From Candidatus Hydrogenedentota bacterium (GTDB lineage Bacteria > Hydrogenedentota > Hydrogenedentia > Hydrogenedentales > SLHB01), in assembly GCA_963674865.2 (NCBI GenBank), contig CAXXYE010000009.1, positions 1,376,001 to 1,440,000 of the forward strand: a DNA stretch of 64,000 bases, given 5' to 3'. Positions 10,782 through 21,700 of the stretch are shown in pieces. The notes beneath the pieces are model-generated. The model was not told the origin of the DNA and searched no databases. It saw nothing but the letters and a program-made list of their open reading frames with translations. Made by a program: the position numbers and the translations under genes. Each line of letters begins with the position of its first letter. Position 1 is the first letter of the stretch.

Positions 10782-10981
10782 CTCTTAGGTGAAGTGGCCT
10801 GGAAGATGCCGGGCCGAGGGATTCGGTATCTGAATAGAGAAAAGTGCTAATATCTCCACGCGAGGCCCACGGGCGAACGCCGGCGGGTCCCTTGCAGGCC
10901 GTCCGGAGTGGCCCGTTGCCGATCCGCACCGCCCAGGATATCCTAGAAGTATCCCTTTCGATGTGAGCGGAGGAATTTGAT

Positions 10982-13900
10982 GTGAATGCCAACTTGCGCC
11001 TGGCTTTGATGGTTGCGTTCTTCGTGGTGGTGGCTGCCGTGGTGTGGCACGTCTTGAGTCCCGGCGGCGACGAAACGGGCCCGCAAGATGTCGTGAAACC
11101 GCCGGCCCGCGCTCCCCAGGCATCCCACGACGCCGCGTCGAGCGCGGAGCCGCGAGGCACGACAGTCGAGGTCAGCCCAAGGGCTCTGCGCGACAGCGGG
11201 CCGGTGGGCAGGATGGCAGAGCGGCTTAACCGAGACAAGGGGCCGAAGCCTTTGGAGAAAGGCGAGGGGGTCATTACGGGCCGGGCCTTCATCGAGGCCA
11301 CCGATCAGCCTGTGGCAGGCGCCAGCGTCACGATGAGGCTGTTCAACGCGGACATCTATCCGAGGGCGGACAAGGAAGCGCCGCAGCAGACGGCCACGAC
11401 GGACGCAGACGGCGAGTTCACCTTTGCGGAGTTGGCGTGGGGCGAATACGGCGTGGCGGTCGTGAAGGATAACCTGTTCGGCGTACGCTCGGCCCGTATC
11501 CACGAAGGCCGGCCGGAGAAGATGCTTGAATTCAAGATGAAGCCGGCGGGGTCGATCTCCGGTTATGTGCGGAACGCTGAGGGAGAAGGCATCGCGGGGG
11601 CCACCATCTATCCGCACAAGGAGGCAGGGAGCGAGAAAGACTTCACGCTCCAATGGGCGATCTCGATGTGTGTTGAAACGGATGACGAGGGCCGCTTCAC
11701 CATCGACAATCTGTGGGAAGGCGAGTGGCAGCTTGTAGCGCAGCACGACGATTACGCCACCCTTGTCTCGGACTTCATTACCGTCGGCACAACCGACGCC
11801 GAGTTGATCATGGGCCAAGGCGGAAGCGTAAGCGGCACGGTGGTCGAGGCGTCCACAAGTGCGCCTGCGCCCGGCGTGAAACTCACGATCACCTCCGAGT
11901 TCCGGCGCGATAAATTCGATGTCACGTCGGATGAATCCGGTGCGTTCCAGATCGCGACGCTTTCCACCGGAGAATACACGGCGTGGGTGCGCGATGACGC
12001 CATGGTGATGAAGGATAGTCAAGGGGCGAAGTTCAACATCCGCGACGCTCAAGAGACGCGGGTGCGGGTCGAGGTGGCCCAGGGCGGAGTCATCCGCGGC
12101 CGCGTCTACAAGGTAGAGACTAACGAGGGGATTCCCGGCCTCGTCGTCCGCGCCAACGGCGAGGGGCAAGGTGTGCCCAGCAGGGAGGGCGAGGCCTCCG
12201 ACGCTTCAGGCTCTTACGAGATCGTGGGACTTGGCGACGGTATGTACCGGATCTCGTACGAAGGGGCCAAGGGGCTTCCCAATATGGACTGGCGGGACCG
12301 CCCGATAGTCTCCGTTCGAATCGGGCAGATCGTCGAGGGGATCGATATCCCCGTCACCATGGGCGTGCCCGTGGAGGGCCGTGTCATTGACGCCGCCGGA
12401 GTAGGGGTGCCTGATGTCCGTGTGATGGCGTCGGTGTCTCAAGGTGGACGCTACGCCAATGTGAAGGCCGATGATGAAGGGTATTTTGAGTTGGCGGGTT
12501 TTTCGGCCAGCAGCGAGTTGTACATCAAGGCCGAGAAGAAGGGCCTTTCCGCGCCTCCATTAGGGCCGCTCACGGTGCCTCAGGAAGGATTGACGGGCAT
12601 CGAGATCGTGCTTGCCGATGAGGCGAAGATCTCCGGTACCGTGGTCGATAAATCCGGCCGGCCTGTTGAAGGCGCCCGGGTGTTTGCCAGCTCGAAGACC
12701 ACGCGACGCTTCGGCTATTCGTCCCAAACCACCGATGCCCAGGGCGAGTTCACCCTTGTCGGACTCCACGCAGGCGCATTCGATATTAACGTCAATCCTC
12801 CCGGGAGCGATGCCTGGCGGAACAACGCCCTCGAAACCGTCACCCTTGGAGAAGCAGAGCATCGGACAGGCATACGGCTCGTGTTGGACGACGCGGATGG
12901 ACTGTCGATTTCGGGCCGCGTAACCAATGAGCAAGGACAAGGCATCGAGCGCGCCAATGTCAGCGCGAACGGCAGGGATAGCTACGCGTACGCGTCCAGT
13001 GACAAGGATGGCGCCTACACGGTGAGCGGACTCTCTGAGGGGCCGCATTACGTCTCCGTGAGCCACCAGCAGTATACCGGCGATCAACGCCAGCAGATCG
13101 ACGCCGGCTCCACGAATGTTGATTTCGTTCTGGCTGCGCGAGGCGCCATCAAGGGGCAAGTCATTGCCGCGGACACGGGCGCCCCCATTACCAGTTTCGA
13201 GATCATGCAACAGAGCGGAAGACACATGCAGCTTGAGCCTTGGATGTCGGAGCGCTTTGCGCGTGTCCACGATGAGGAGGGGCGGTTCAGCCTGACGGGC
13301 GTGGAGGCGAAAGATGTGACGGTCATGGCGCGTGCCGATGGCTATGCCATGTCGACGGAGTACATCTCCGGCGTGCTGCCCGGCGAGACAACCGATGGTG
13401 TGGTTATTCGCCTTGAGCGTGGCGCTTTGGTTGAAGGTACGGTGCAGGATCCGAGCGGCGCCCCGCTGGCCGGCGTCTCGATCTACATGGGCGGCGTCCC
13501 GCCGGAGCACAGTCGTGATCGCGGCGTCGCGGCTCGGACGGATGCCCAAGGGGCGTTCCAGCTGTCTAGCGTAGGCAAGGACACCACCTCCATTTCTGCT
13601 TACTATCCCGGCTACGCGCCGGCCACGGTGGCCATTAGTGTCGATGCGCGCCGCACGACGCGCGTCGATATTTGCCTGACAGCAGGCGGCGAAATCGAAG
13701 GCACGGTTCGCGTGGGAGGCACGCCTTCGAACGGCCAGTGGGTGAACGTCTACGATGCCAGCGCACCGGGCGGCAACCAATCCGGGAAAAGCACGGACGA
13801 GAATGGATTCTACCGGTTGACGGGCCTGGCCGCGGGAACCGTGCGAGTAAGCGTGCACCTGAGTGATGGCCAAGGCTCGCCCAGTGGACGCAATATCACC

Positions 13901-14569
13901 AGGGAGGCGGTGATCGAGGATGGGCTCGTGACGGTGGTGGACTTCGACGTGCCCTTGGCCGACGCCGCGATCGAGGGCGCCGTGACGAGCGGCGGGCAGC
14001 CTGTGAAGGGCGGCCATGTGAACGTCCAAGTGAAAGGCCAAGGCGGCATGCAGGAGTCATCCTATAGCGCTATCAAGTCCGACGGAACGTATCGAATCGA
14101 ATCGGCGCCCGTGGGCTCTGTCCGCCTTCAGGTAGGCGCGCAGACGGGCGATGGTGGCAGTTGGCGTACTAAGGTTGTCGACGTGGAAACCGTAAGCGGC
14201 CGCGTTACGCGCAGGGATATTGACTTCGAGTTGGGCGTCGTTGTCTCGGGAACGGTTAAGGGAACGCACGAGGGCGAGAAAGGATCGGTGATGGCCCTCA
14301 AAGGCCGCGTCGAACTTGGCGAGCCGGATATGGAGTTGTGGCAGGAGCTCTTTCAGGATGTGGCCGCTGCGGCCCAGCTTGGAGCTGACGGCGTATTCCG
14401 GCTGGAAGGACTTGAGCCGGGCGCCTACACGATCTTCGCCTTCGTGATCGATACCAGCGGCGGCCAACCCACCAGTCCCGAGGATGTATTTGCCAGAATG
14501 CGGCGCGATTCCGCCGTCGTTGAGGTTGGCGCGGACGGGATCGCCAACGTCAGCCTTTCCGTGAGGTAG
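10982..14569 (+). CDS. Membrane-anchored protein with tandem carboxypeptidase-regulatory-like beta-sandwich repeats
   Basis: N-terminal hydrophobic helix, then many repeats of G-x-I/V-x-G-x-V...G-x-P-x-x-GA-x-V...TD-x-x-G-x-F/Y. Confidence 0.8.
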   Translation: MNANLRLALMVAFFVVVAAVVWHVLSPGGDETGPQDVVKPPARAPQASHDAASSAEPRGTTVEVSPRALRDSGPVGRMAERLNRDKGPKPLEKGEGVITGRAFIEATDQPVAGASVTMRLFNADIYPRADKEAPQQTATTDADGEFTFAELAWGEYGVAVVKDNLFGVRSARIHEGRPEKMLEFKMKPAGSISGYVRNAEGEGIAGATIYPHKEAGSEKDFTLQWAISMCVETDDEGRFTIDNLWEGEWQLVAQHDDYATLVSDFITVGTTDAELIMGQGGSVSGTVVEASTSAPAPGVKLTITSEFRRDKFDVTSDESGAFQIATLSTGEYTAWVRDDAMVMKDSQGAKFNIRDAQETRVRVEVAQGGVIRGRVYKVETNEGIPGLVVRANGEGQGVPSREGEASDASGSYEIVGLGDGMYRISYEGAKGLPNMDWRDRPIVSVRIGQIVEGIDIPVTMGVPVEGRVIDAAGVGVPDVRVMASVSQGGRYANVKADDEGYFELAGFSASSELYIKAEKKGLSAPPLGPLTVPQEGLTGIEIVLADEAKISGTVVDKSGRPVEGARVFASSKTTRRFGYSSQTTDAQGEFTLVGLHAGAFDINVNPPGSDAWRNNALETVTLGEAEHRTGIRLVLDDADGLSISGRVTNEQGQGIERANVSANGRDSYAYASSDKDGAYTVSGLSEGPHYVSVSHQQYTGDQRQQIDAGSTNVDFVLAARGAIKGQVIAADTGAPITSFEIMQQSGRHMQLEPWMSERFARVHDEEGRFSLTGVEAKDVTVMARADGYAMSTEYISGVLPGETTDGVVIRLERGALVEGTVQDPSGAPLAGVSIYMGGVPPEHSRDRGVAARTDAQGAFQLSSVGKDTTSISAYYPGYAPATVAISVDARRTTRVDICLTAGGEIEGTVRVGGTPSNGQWVNVYDASAPGGNQSGKSTDENGFYRLTGLAAGTVRVSVHLSDGQGSPSGRNITREAVIEDGLVTVVDFDVPLADAAIEGAVTSGGQPVKGGHVNVQVKGQGGMQESSYSAIKSDGTYRIESAPVGSVRLQVGAQTGDGGSWRTKVVDVETVSGRVTRRDIDFELGVVVSGTVKGTHEGEKGSVMALKGRVELGEPDMELWQELFQDVAAAAQLGADGVFRLEGLEPGAYTIFAFVIDTSGGQPTSPEDVFARMRRDSAVVEVGADGIANVSLSVR

Positions 14570-14594
14570 GATCGCCCTTGTTGACGCCTTTGTC

Positions 14595-14879
14595 TTAGGT
14601 TATGCCGCCGTTCCCCGTGCGTGAGGCCATGGCCTGTTTCAGCGCCTTGAGTTCTCGCTGGATAGGCCACTCGGAGAAGGCCAGGATGAGGATCATTACC
14701 AGGTTCGCGATGGGCAGGAGCAGGAGCAATCCCAGCGGGCCGGGATAGCCCGTCTTCCCCACAATGCGCCAGCTCACAATCGCGCTGAACACCAGAACCA
14801 CGAAGAGGAAGGCCAGATAGGCCAAGAAGATTCCCCCGAATACGAGAAGCTCACGATCCTGCATTTGGCTCACCGGCAT
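14595..14879 (-). CDS. Small membrane protein (DUF805-like)
   Basis: Hydrophobic; WRIVGKTGYPGPLGLLLLLPIANLVMILILAFSEWP pattern. Overlaps the upstream GTPase stop. Confidence 0.65.
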   Translation of the reverse strand: MPVSQMQDRELLVFGGIFLAYLAFLFVVLVFSAIVSWRIVGKTGYPGPLGLLLLLPIANLVMILILAFSEWPIQRELKALKQAMASRTGNGGIT

Positions 14880-16581
14880 TGGATTCGTCTCCTATGTTGT
14901 CTTCGACGGCTTGGCCCAGCACGGCCGTCCGTAGCTCCTGAATGCCATTCCGAAGTGCGGCGGCCCCGTTTAAGGCGGCGCGTTCCTCTGTGAAGGCAGG
15001 CAGCCCCTCGGCGAGGGCAAGGCGCAGATCTCTGCCCGAGGCGCGCCGCGCCGTCCAGGCCAATGCCCGTGCCGCCAGGGATAACGCGGCCAGCTCCACG
15101 CCCAGAATAATCGCGAGTACGGCCCCTGCGTGGAGGAAGAAGCCGCCCGAAAGCAACGCATCGCTGAAGTAATCACGCACAATTCGGTATCCCGAGAAGA
15201 GCACGAAGGCCAGGGGAGGCAAGTCCGCCAAGAGAGCGGCCGGCCAACTCGTCAATGTCCGCGCCCTAGCGACGAGCCGCTCATGCGCTGGCCCGGCAAG
15301 AACATTCATGATACGGCGGTTGAGCTCCTCGCGAAATGACTGGAGGCCGGCCTCGTCCTCGCCGCCTTGCTCGTCTCCCTCCGGCATATCGAAGCCCGCT
15401 TGGGCGAACGCCAGGGACACCTCACTGTAAGCGCCTTTGTAAGCCGCCGCTACCTCATTCAAAGCGCCCGCGAGGTCTTCGTTGAACAATTCGTCCCCGC
15501 TGAGCAGCGCCGCTGCCTTGCGGCCGATGCCCCGACTGCCCCAGGGCATCCACTGCGCGAAGCGCGCGGGAACCGTACGCACCGCCTCGAGCAAGCGGAA
15601 GAGGGTGCCCACAATGCCCTTCGCGCGCGGCCCAATTTCGCGGCCCAAAGCAAAATTCCACAGGTGGGGCTCGGTGAACAGGCGGCGCCTGATGATGTCA
15701 CACGCCCGCTTCGCCAGTTCCCGCTCCACGTCATCCAGCCGCCCGCGCAAGGCCGTGAGCGCTTCTTCCCCCGGGGCGACGCGTTCATGGAGGGCGCCGA
15801 CGGTCTTCGTGAGCAGGCCGAGGGCATTCGAGCGCTTGATGCGGCGGATGCGCTCCCGACTCAACTCATGCTGCAGAAATCGCTCGAGCCGGGGGAAGTC
15901 ATACTCGTCATTGCCTGGCTCCCGGCCGGCCAGTTTGCGGTCCAGTGTCCGCCTTGGGCTGGTGCGAAAGTAGTCCGCGACCTTGAAACCTTCCCGCTCG
16001 AGCCGGGACACCCAGTGCTCGCGGACGGTTTCTGCCGTGTCGGCTTTGGTTTCGACGCACGCGAGCGTTCGCTCGGACTTCAGGTCTCGCAGCAGCGACC
16101 ATGTCGCCTCGTCGAGGTATTTCTCCGGACTGCCGCACAGCATGATCAGGTCGCACACGGCCAAGACCTCGGTGACGAGGGCGCGGTGCTCCCGCACAAC
16201 GGTGTCCGAATCGGGCGTGTCGATGATGACGAGGTGCTCGAGAGCCGAGCCCGACACCCCCCGCCACGAGTCGTGTCCAAGGCGCGTCCCGGGCGGATGG
16301 TACACCGTCGGGACGGATGTGCAGGGCCGAAACTCCGACACGGGGGCGAGCTGATCCCCGGCCAACGCGTTGAGGAGCGTTGATTTCCCGACGCCTGACC
16401 CGCCCACCAAGGCGATGACGAGCAGCTCATCCAGCCGCTGTTCCCGGGCCCGCAGCTCTCGAACTCGTTCGTTGAGCAGGGCCGTCTCTGCACGGAGGGG
16501 GCGCCAGGGGCCATCGTAGGCTGCGAGGTCCTCAAGGCGGTCGAGGATATCTACGATTCCTGTCGGCACTGCTCGTGGCAC
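14851..16581 (-). CDS. Dynamin-like GTPase B with two C-terminal TM segments
   Basis: G1 GGSGVGKST, G2 RPCT, G3 DTPDSD, G4 TKAD; helical middle; two hydrophobic helices near the C-terminus. Confidence 0.75.
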   Translation of the reverse strand: MPRAVPTGIVDILDRLEDLAAYDGPWRPLRAETALLNERVRELRAREQRLDELLVIALVGGSGVGKSTLLNALAGDQLAPVSEFRPCTSVPTVYHPPGTRLGHDSWRGVSGSALEHLVIIDTPDSDTVVREHRALVTEVLAVCDLIMLCGSPEKYLDEATWSLLRDLKSERTLACVETKADTAETVREHWVSRLEREGFKVADYFRTSPRRTLDRKLAGREPGNDEYDFPRLERFLQHELSRERIRRIKRSNALGLLTKTVGALHERVAPGEEALTALRGRLDDVERELAKRACDIIRRRLFTEPHLWNFALGREIGPRAKGIVGTLFRLLEAVRTVPARFAQWMPWGSRGIGRKAAALLSGDELFNEDLAGALNEVAAAYKGAYSEVSLAFAQAGFDMPEGDEQGGEDEAGLQSFREELNRRIMNVLAGPAHERLVARARTLTSWPAALLADLPPLAFVLFSGYRIVRDYFSDALLSGGFFLHAGAVLAIILGVELAALSLAARALAWTARRASGRDLRLALAEGLPAFTEERAALNGAAALRNGIQELRTAVLGQAVEDNIGDESNAGEPNAGS

Positions 16582-18317
16582 CTCCGCAACTTGTCCAGGA
16601 GATCACCTTCAAAGGGCGCCCGCGCCCGCTCCAGGGCCTCCATCTTAGGCCGGATAAGCCTACGGCGCAACGCGTCCGCCAAGGTCTGCTGCTGCTCCGC
16701 CTTCCAAGGCGACAAGAAATCGAACATCGCGTCGCCGAACTGGAACTCGATCACGCGCGCCACGAACTGTTCCACGATGGGCCCCGCGAACACCATCGCT
16801 TCGGGCACGCCCACGCCGCCGGTGTAGATCGAGATGGGGGCGGCAATGGCGGCGGGCACCGCGGCCAGGAGCGTATCGAGCGCCTCAAGGGCGCGGCGTT
16901 TGCCCTTGTGGTCGCTCCACCAAGCTTCGAGCGTGAGATTTGCGTGACGGCGGAAGTCCTCCGAAACGCTGGCCGTACGCAGCACATCGGTGATGACGGC
17001 TCGGAGCGCCTCGTCCACGTCCAACGTATCGAACGCGCCGATCAACAAGTGCGCGGCTGGTTCTCGGAGGTTCCGGGAGCTCTCGACGTAACTTCGGGCG
17101 AGGTCACGCGTAATGTTCTCAATGGCTTCCTGATGGACGGTGCGGAGTTCCGCGTCGCTACACGGCTCGTGGGCCGTGTCGAGCGTGCCGCGTTTGTGAA
17201 ACGCCCCCGTTACTGTCTTGGCGACGGCAGTCACTCCGCGCGCCACGGCCCCGCTCGTGGCGCCAATGAGCCGCCGCACGGCCCCGCGTTTCCGCTGGAC
17301 GAACTCATGGAAGAGGCCTCCAACCGCGGCTCCTGGCGCCGGATCGTATCGCGCCGCGAAGGCGGTGGCGCGCCCTTCAAACTCGTCGGCCACGCCCTTC
17401 AGGACTGCACCCATTTGCTCGGCGCGCTCCAGGAACTCTGTGGCCGCCTCTGCGAAATGCGCGACGGTGTCACGATAGACACGGTGCTTAATGGCGGGCA
17501 CGTCGAGTTCCTCAAGGTAGGTGCGTAAGTCCGTAACGCCATCCGCGGAGCGAATCGTGGAACAGGCTTCCGTGTCTCCGATGCGAAGCGGGAGAAGGAA
17601 GGCGGGCGCCTCCGTGGCCACGTCCGCCCGGAACTCATCGAGCTGCCTACGCGCGATCGCGAAGTCGCCGGACGGGTCGGCCTTATTCATGAGGGGGACC
17701 ACCATGCGGCCCGAGGCCAGGGCGTCGCGGAAGAAGTCGACGACGCGCTCATCGCGGTATTTCTCCCCCGTCAGCACGGCGATCACCACGTCGCCCGCGG
17801 CGCGGATGTGCTCCGCCACGGCCCAATGACGCTTCTCGATGGAATCGATGTCAGGTGTGTCGAGCAGCGCCAGCCGGTTGCCCAGCCCCTCACGGGCCGC
17901 CACAAACAGACGGCCGTCCGGCTGGCCATCCGCGAGGGCATCGCCGGGTGCCTTCCACGGTGCCGGCTTGAACTCAGGGACCAGCTTCCCCTCAAGGCAT
18001 TGCCGGGCGCGGTCGGGATGGGCCGCGATCACGGGATGGCGCGTCGCGGCCGCCGTTGGTACCACGGGACTGATGGCCGCCCCGAGCAGCGTGTTGAAAA
18101 CCGTTGACTTGCCGGAGTTGGTTCCGCCGGCCACCGCCGCTATAAGGCAGCCCTCGCCCGCGAGGTGCGGCACGAGCTTGTACGTCAAGAGGTTGGCCCA
18201 TCCGGAGGTATCGGCGAATACGGTATCCCGGAGAGGCGGGTCGAATGCGAGGGCTTCACGGAATTCGCGCACGGCTGTGTCGAACTCGCTCAACGCCTGT
18301 CCAAGGATGTCATGCAT
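16551..18317 (-). CDS. Dynamin-like GTPase A
   Basis: G1 GGTNSGKST, G3 LLDTPDIDS, G4 NKAD; hydrophobic Gly/Ala-rich segment near the C-terminus. Confidence 0.75.
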   Translation of the reverse strand: MHDILGQALSEFDTAVREFREALAFDPPLRDTVFADTSGWANLLTYKLVPHLAGEGCLIAAVAGGTNSGKSTVFNTLLGAAISPVVPTAAATRHPVIAAHPDRARQCLEGKLVPEFKPAPWKAPGDALADGQPDGRLFVAAREGLGNRLALLDTPDIDSIEKRHWAVAEHIRAAGDVVIAVLTGEKYRDERVVDFFRDALASGRMVVPLMNKADPSGDFAIARRQLDEFRADVATEAPAFLLPLRIGDTEACSTIRSADGVTDLRTYLEELDVPAIKHRVYRDTVAHFAEAATEFLERAEQMGAVLKGVADEFEGRATAFAARYDPAPGAAVGGLFHEFVQRKRGAVRRLIGATSGAVARGVTAVAKTVTGAFHKRGTLDTAHEPCSDAELRTVHQEAIENITRDLARSYVESSRNLREPAAHLLIGAFDTLDVDEALRAVITDVLRTASVSEDFRRHANLTLEAWWSDHKGKRRALEALDTLLAAVPAAIAAPISIYTGGVGVPEAMVFAGPIVEQFVARVIEFQFGDAMFDFLSPWKAEQQQTLADALRRRLIRPKMEALERARAPFEGDLLDKLRRCHEQCRQES

Positions 18318-18363
18318 ACTTGAAAGACCCCTGCGTAACGGCCTGAAAACGCGCGGACGCCGG

Positions 18364-19051
18364 CTACTTCCCGAACCGCAGGCGGAACAAGTTGGCGATC
18401 CCTTGCCAGATCTCCGACTTGTCCAGTTTCGACACCCCTCCCCGGCGGTCTTCGAAGATGATCGGCGTCTCGCCGACGCTGAAGCCGCGGCTTACGCATC
18501 GGTAGAGCAACTCCACCAGGAACGCGTACCCTTCGGAGTGCAGCGTGTCCAACTCGGATGGCTTCAAGCACTGCCCGCCGGTAGCAGCGGTATCCGGATG
18601 TGACGTCGTGGGCGGGCATATGGAGCATCAGCCTGGCCACCAGATTCGCTGTCCGGCTCAGGATCTGCCGGTGCAGGCCCCAATTCCGCGTACCTCCCCC
18701 GGGAATATAGCGGGCGCCGATGCCGACGTCGTATTGCTCCATCAGGCCAAGCATCGCCGGCAGGACCTTTGGATCGTGACTGAAATCCGCGTCCATCCCG
18801 GCGATGAGGTCGTATCCTTGCTTGACGGCGTACTGGAATCCGGCGACGTACGCCGTACCAAGCCCCAGCTTCCCGGAGCGTTCGATCACATGGACCTTGT
18901 CCAGTGCTGCGGCGATTGTCCCGGTTCCGTCGGGCGACCCGTCATCAACGACGATGACGTCGAGGTCCGGGCACGCCTCATGAATCGCGGCCACCAGGGC
19001 CCCGATGTTCTCCGCCTCGTTGTACGTTGGGATAACGACGACCGACTTCAC
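18364..19051 (-). pseudogene. Polyprenol monophosphomannose synthase (DPM1-like GT2), frameshifted
   Basis: VIPTYNEAEN, VDDGSPDGT, KLGLGTAY, MDADFSHDP, TSGYRCY in one frame; SEGYAF..ELLY...ETPIIFEDRRGGVSKL in another. One extra base at about 18556-18557. Could be a sequencing error. Confidence 0.8.
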
Positions 19052-19096
19052 CGGTTCTCGCTCCGCTGATTATCATCCCGCGCCATGTTGCGGCAC

Positions 19097-19127
19097 ATTA
19101 TAGAAGCCTTCGCCGTGGGCGCGTCAA
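19097..19127 (-). promoter_or_regulatory. Candidate sigma70 promoter TTGACG-N19-TATAAT
   Basis: Perfect -10 and near-perfect -35 upstream of the GT2/GTPase operon; the spacer is long. Confidence 0.45.
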
Positions 19128-19174
19128 GGCGCGCGAATAACATGTAGTCACAGCAGCCCAGACGAGCACTCGGC

Positions 19175-21700
19175 CTATTTCACCACCAGGTTGGTGAGTT
19201 TGCCGGGGACATAGATCTCTTTGACGATGTTCTTTCCCTCGATGTAACGGATGATCTTAGGAGCGCCCTTGGCGGCCGCGAGGATCGCGTCCTTGTCGGC
19301 GCCGGCGGGGACTTCCACAACGGCCCGAACCTTACCGTTGACCTGGACAGGCACCTGGATGGTGTCCTCAGTCAACAGGGCCTCGTCATGCTCGGGCCAC
19401 GACTCGTAAGCGAGGGTGTCGGCGTGCCCCAGGAGATGCCAGAGCTCTTCACCCAGATGTGGTGCGAAAGGTGAGAGAAGCAGGACGAATGTTCTCATCA
19501 CATCGCGGTCGACGGCCTTGGCCTTCAGGCCCGCATTCACGAATTCCATGAGACGGGCGATGGCCGTGTTAAAGAGCATACCTTCGATATCATTGGTGAC
19601 GGCCTTGATGGTGTGGTGGAGGATCTTCAGCATCTCCGCATCGCCGCCTTCGGACACAATCCTCGGACTCAGGCAGCCCTCGTCGGCTACAAAGAGGCTC
19701 CAGGTTCGCCGAAGAAAGCGAAAGACTCCCTGGATGCCTTCGTCCGTCCACGGCTTTTCCCGGTCGAGGGGGCCCATGAACATCTCGTAAAGCCGCACGG
19801 CGTCGGCGCCGTACTTCTCGACCACGTCATCCGGATTGACGACGTTATAGCGCGACTTGCTCATCTTCTCGATCTGCGTTTGCACGGGCGTGCCCGTTTC
19901 TTTGACCACCCACGTGTCCCCGCGCCGCTCCACCTGTTCGGGATAGTAATACTTGCCCTGCTCATCCTGATAGCTGTAGGCAAGGATCATGCCCTGGTTG
20001 AAGAGCTTCGTGAACGGCTCCGGCGTGGACACATGCCCGGCATCGTAAAGCACCTTGTGCCAGAACCGGGCATAGAGCAGATGCAGCACAGCGTGTTCCG
20101 CGCCGCCGATGTAGAGGTCGACGGGCATCCAGTAGCTTTCGGCCTCCTTCGACCACGCGGCCTCGTCGTTTTGCGGATCGCAGAACCGAAGGTAGTACCA
20201 GCACGACCCGGCCCATTGGGGCATGGTATTGGTTTCGCGCTTGGCAGGTTCGCCGGATTTCGGGTCGGTGCTATTGACCCATTCCGTGGCGCGTGCCAGG
20301 GGCGGATGGCCGTCGGCCGTCGGCTTGTATTCGTCAAGTTCGGGCAGGACGACGGGCAGATCCTCAAGCGGCACGGCGCGCACGGTGCCGTCTTCGAGCG
20401 TGATGAGCGGAAAGGGCTCACCCCAGTACCGCTGCCGTGAGAAGAGCCAGTCGCGAAGGCGGTAGTTGACCGTGCCCTTCCCAAGGCCCTTTTCCTCGAG
20501 CCAGGCCGAGATCTTCTTCTTGGCATCGGGCACGTTCAGCCCGTCGATAAGGGGCGAATTGACGAGGACGCCGTCGCCGGTGAAGGCCTCCTTCTCGATA
20601 TCGCCGCCGCTGATGACCTCGATGATGGGAAGGGCGAAGGTCCGGGCGAATTCGTAGTCGCGGGTGTCGTGCGCCGGGACGGCCATGATGGCGCCGTAGC
20701 CGTATTCGGCCAGCACGTAGTCGGCCACCCAAATGGGAATTTCTTTGCCATTGACGGGATTCACGGCGAATCCGCCGGTGAAAACGCCGGTTTTTTCCCT
20801 TTCTTCCTTCATGCGGTCCTGGGCGCTGCGCTTCGATGCCGCTTCAACGTAAGCATCGACCTCGGCCTGGCGTTCCCCCGTGGTGACGCTTGCCACAAGG
20901 GGATGTTCCGGCGCGAAGACGCAATAGGTCGCCCCGAAGAGCGTGTCGGGGCGCGTGGTGAATACCGTGAACTCCTCGCCCGATCCGGCCACTTTGAACA
21001 CTACGTCCGCGCCTTCCGAGCGGCCTATCCACTCGCGCTGCATGGCCTTAATGCCCTCGGGCCAGTCAAGTTGGTCGAGGTCCTCGAGCAGGCGCTCGGC
21101 GTACGCCGTGATCTTCAGCATCCACTGCTTCATCATGCGCTTTTCGACGGGATCGCCGGTTTCGACGTAGGCGCCGTCCTTGACCTCCTCATTGGCCAGT
21201 ACCGTGCCGAGGGCGGGGCACCAGTTGACGGCGGCTTCGGCCTGGTAGGCGAGCCCCCGCTCGAAAAGCACCTCGAAGATCCACTGAGTCCACTTGTAAT
21301 AGCCGGGATCGGTGGTGTTGATTTCGCGATCCCAGTCGTAAGAAAGGCCAAGGGACTGGATCTGGCGGCGGAAAGTGTCGCAGTTCTTTTGGGTGATGAT
21401 GGCCGGGTGTTCCCCGGTGCGGACGGCGTGGCGCTCCGCGGGAAGCCCGAAGGCGTCCCATCCCATGGGATGAAGGACGTTAAAGCCCCGCATCCTCTTG
21501 TAGCGGGCTACGATATCCGTGGCCGTGTAGCCCTCGGGATGGCCGACGTGCAGGCCGTCGCCGCTGGGGTAGGGGAACATATCCAGTATGTAGTATTTGG
21601 GCTTGTTTCGGTCGATTTTGGCTCTAAACGTCTTGCTTTTCGCCCAATAATCCTGCCATTTCTTCTCAATGGCCTTATGATCGTATTCCGCTCGCGCCAT
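19175..21700 (-). CDS. leuS: Leucine--tRNA ligase
   Basis: [14 protein letters not shown] (HIGH), [32 protein letters not shown]. Start at ATG 21700. Confidence 0.98.
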   Translation of the reverse strand: MARAEYDHKAIEKKWQDYWAKSKTFRAKIDRNKPKYYILDMFPYPSGDGLHVGHPEGYTATDIVARYKRMRGFNVLHPMGWDAFGLPAERHAVRTGEHPAIITQKNCDTFRRQIQSLGLSYDWDREINTTDPGYYKWTQWIFEVLFERGLAYQAEAAVNWCPALGTVLANEEVKDGAYVETGDPVEKRMMKQWMLKITAYAERLLEDLDQLDWPEGIKAMQREWIGRSEGADVVFKVAGSGEEFTVFTTRPDTLFGATYCVFAPEHPLVASVTTGERQAEVDAYVEAASKRSAQDRMKEEREKTGVFTGGFAVNPVNGKEIPIWVADYVLAEYGYGAIMAVPAHDTRDYEFARTFALPIIEVISGGDIEKEAFTGDGVLVNSPLIDGLNVPDAKKKISAWLEEKGLGKGTVNYRLRDWLFSRQRYWGEPFPLITLEDGTVRAVPLEDLPVVLPELDEYKPTADGHPPLARATEWVNSTDPKSGEPAKRETNTMPQWAGSCWYYLRFCDPQNDEAAWSKEAESYWMPVDLYIGGAEHAVLHLLYARFWHKVLYDAGHVSTPEPFTKLFNQGMILAYSYQDEQGKYYYPEQVERRGDTWVVKETGTPVQTQIEKMSKSRYNVVNPDDVVEKYGADAVRLYEMFMGPLDREKPWTDEGIQGVFRFLRRTWSLFVADEGCLSPRIVSEGGDAEMLKILHHTIKAVTNDIEGMLFNTAIARLMEFVNAGLKAKAVDRDVMRTFVLLLSPFAPHLGEELWHLLGHADTLAYESWPEHDEALLTEDTIQVPVQVNGKVRAVVEVPAGADKDAILAAAKGAPKIIRYIEGKNIVKEIYVPGKLTNLVVK

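Noticed and set aside
951..14041. Long antisense ORFs (951..1904, 9195..10553, 10943..12169, 12560..14041; similarly 15367..16383, 20669..21727, 44452..45738)
   Set aside because: They shadow well-supported genes on the opposite strand, as expected in high-GC DNA, and carry no recognisable motifs.
18290..18363. C-terminal extension of track ORF 18290..19051
   Set aside because: It results from the frameshift; the homologous C-terminus ends at 18364.
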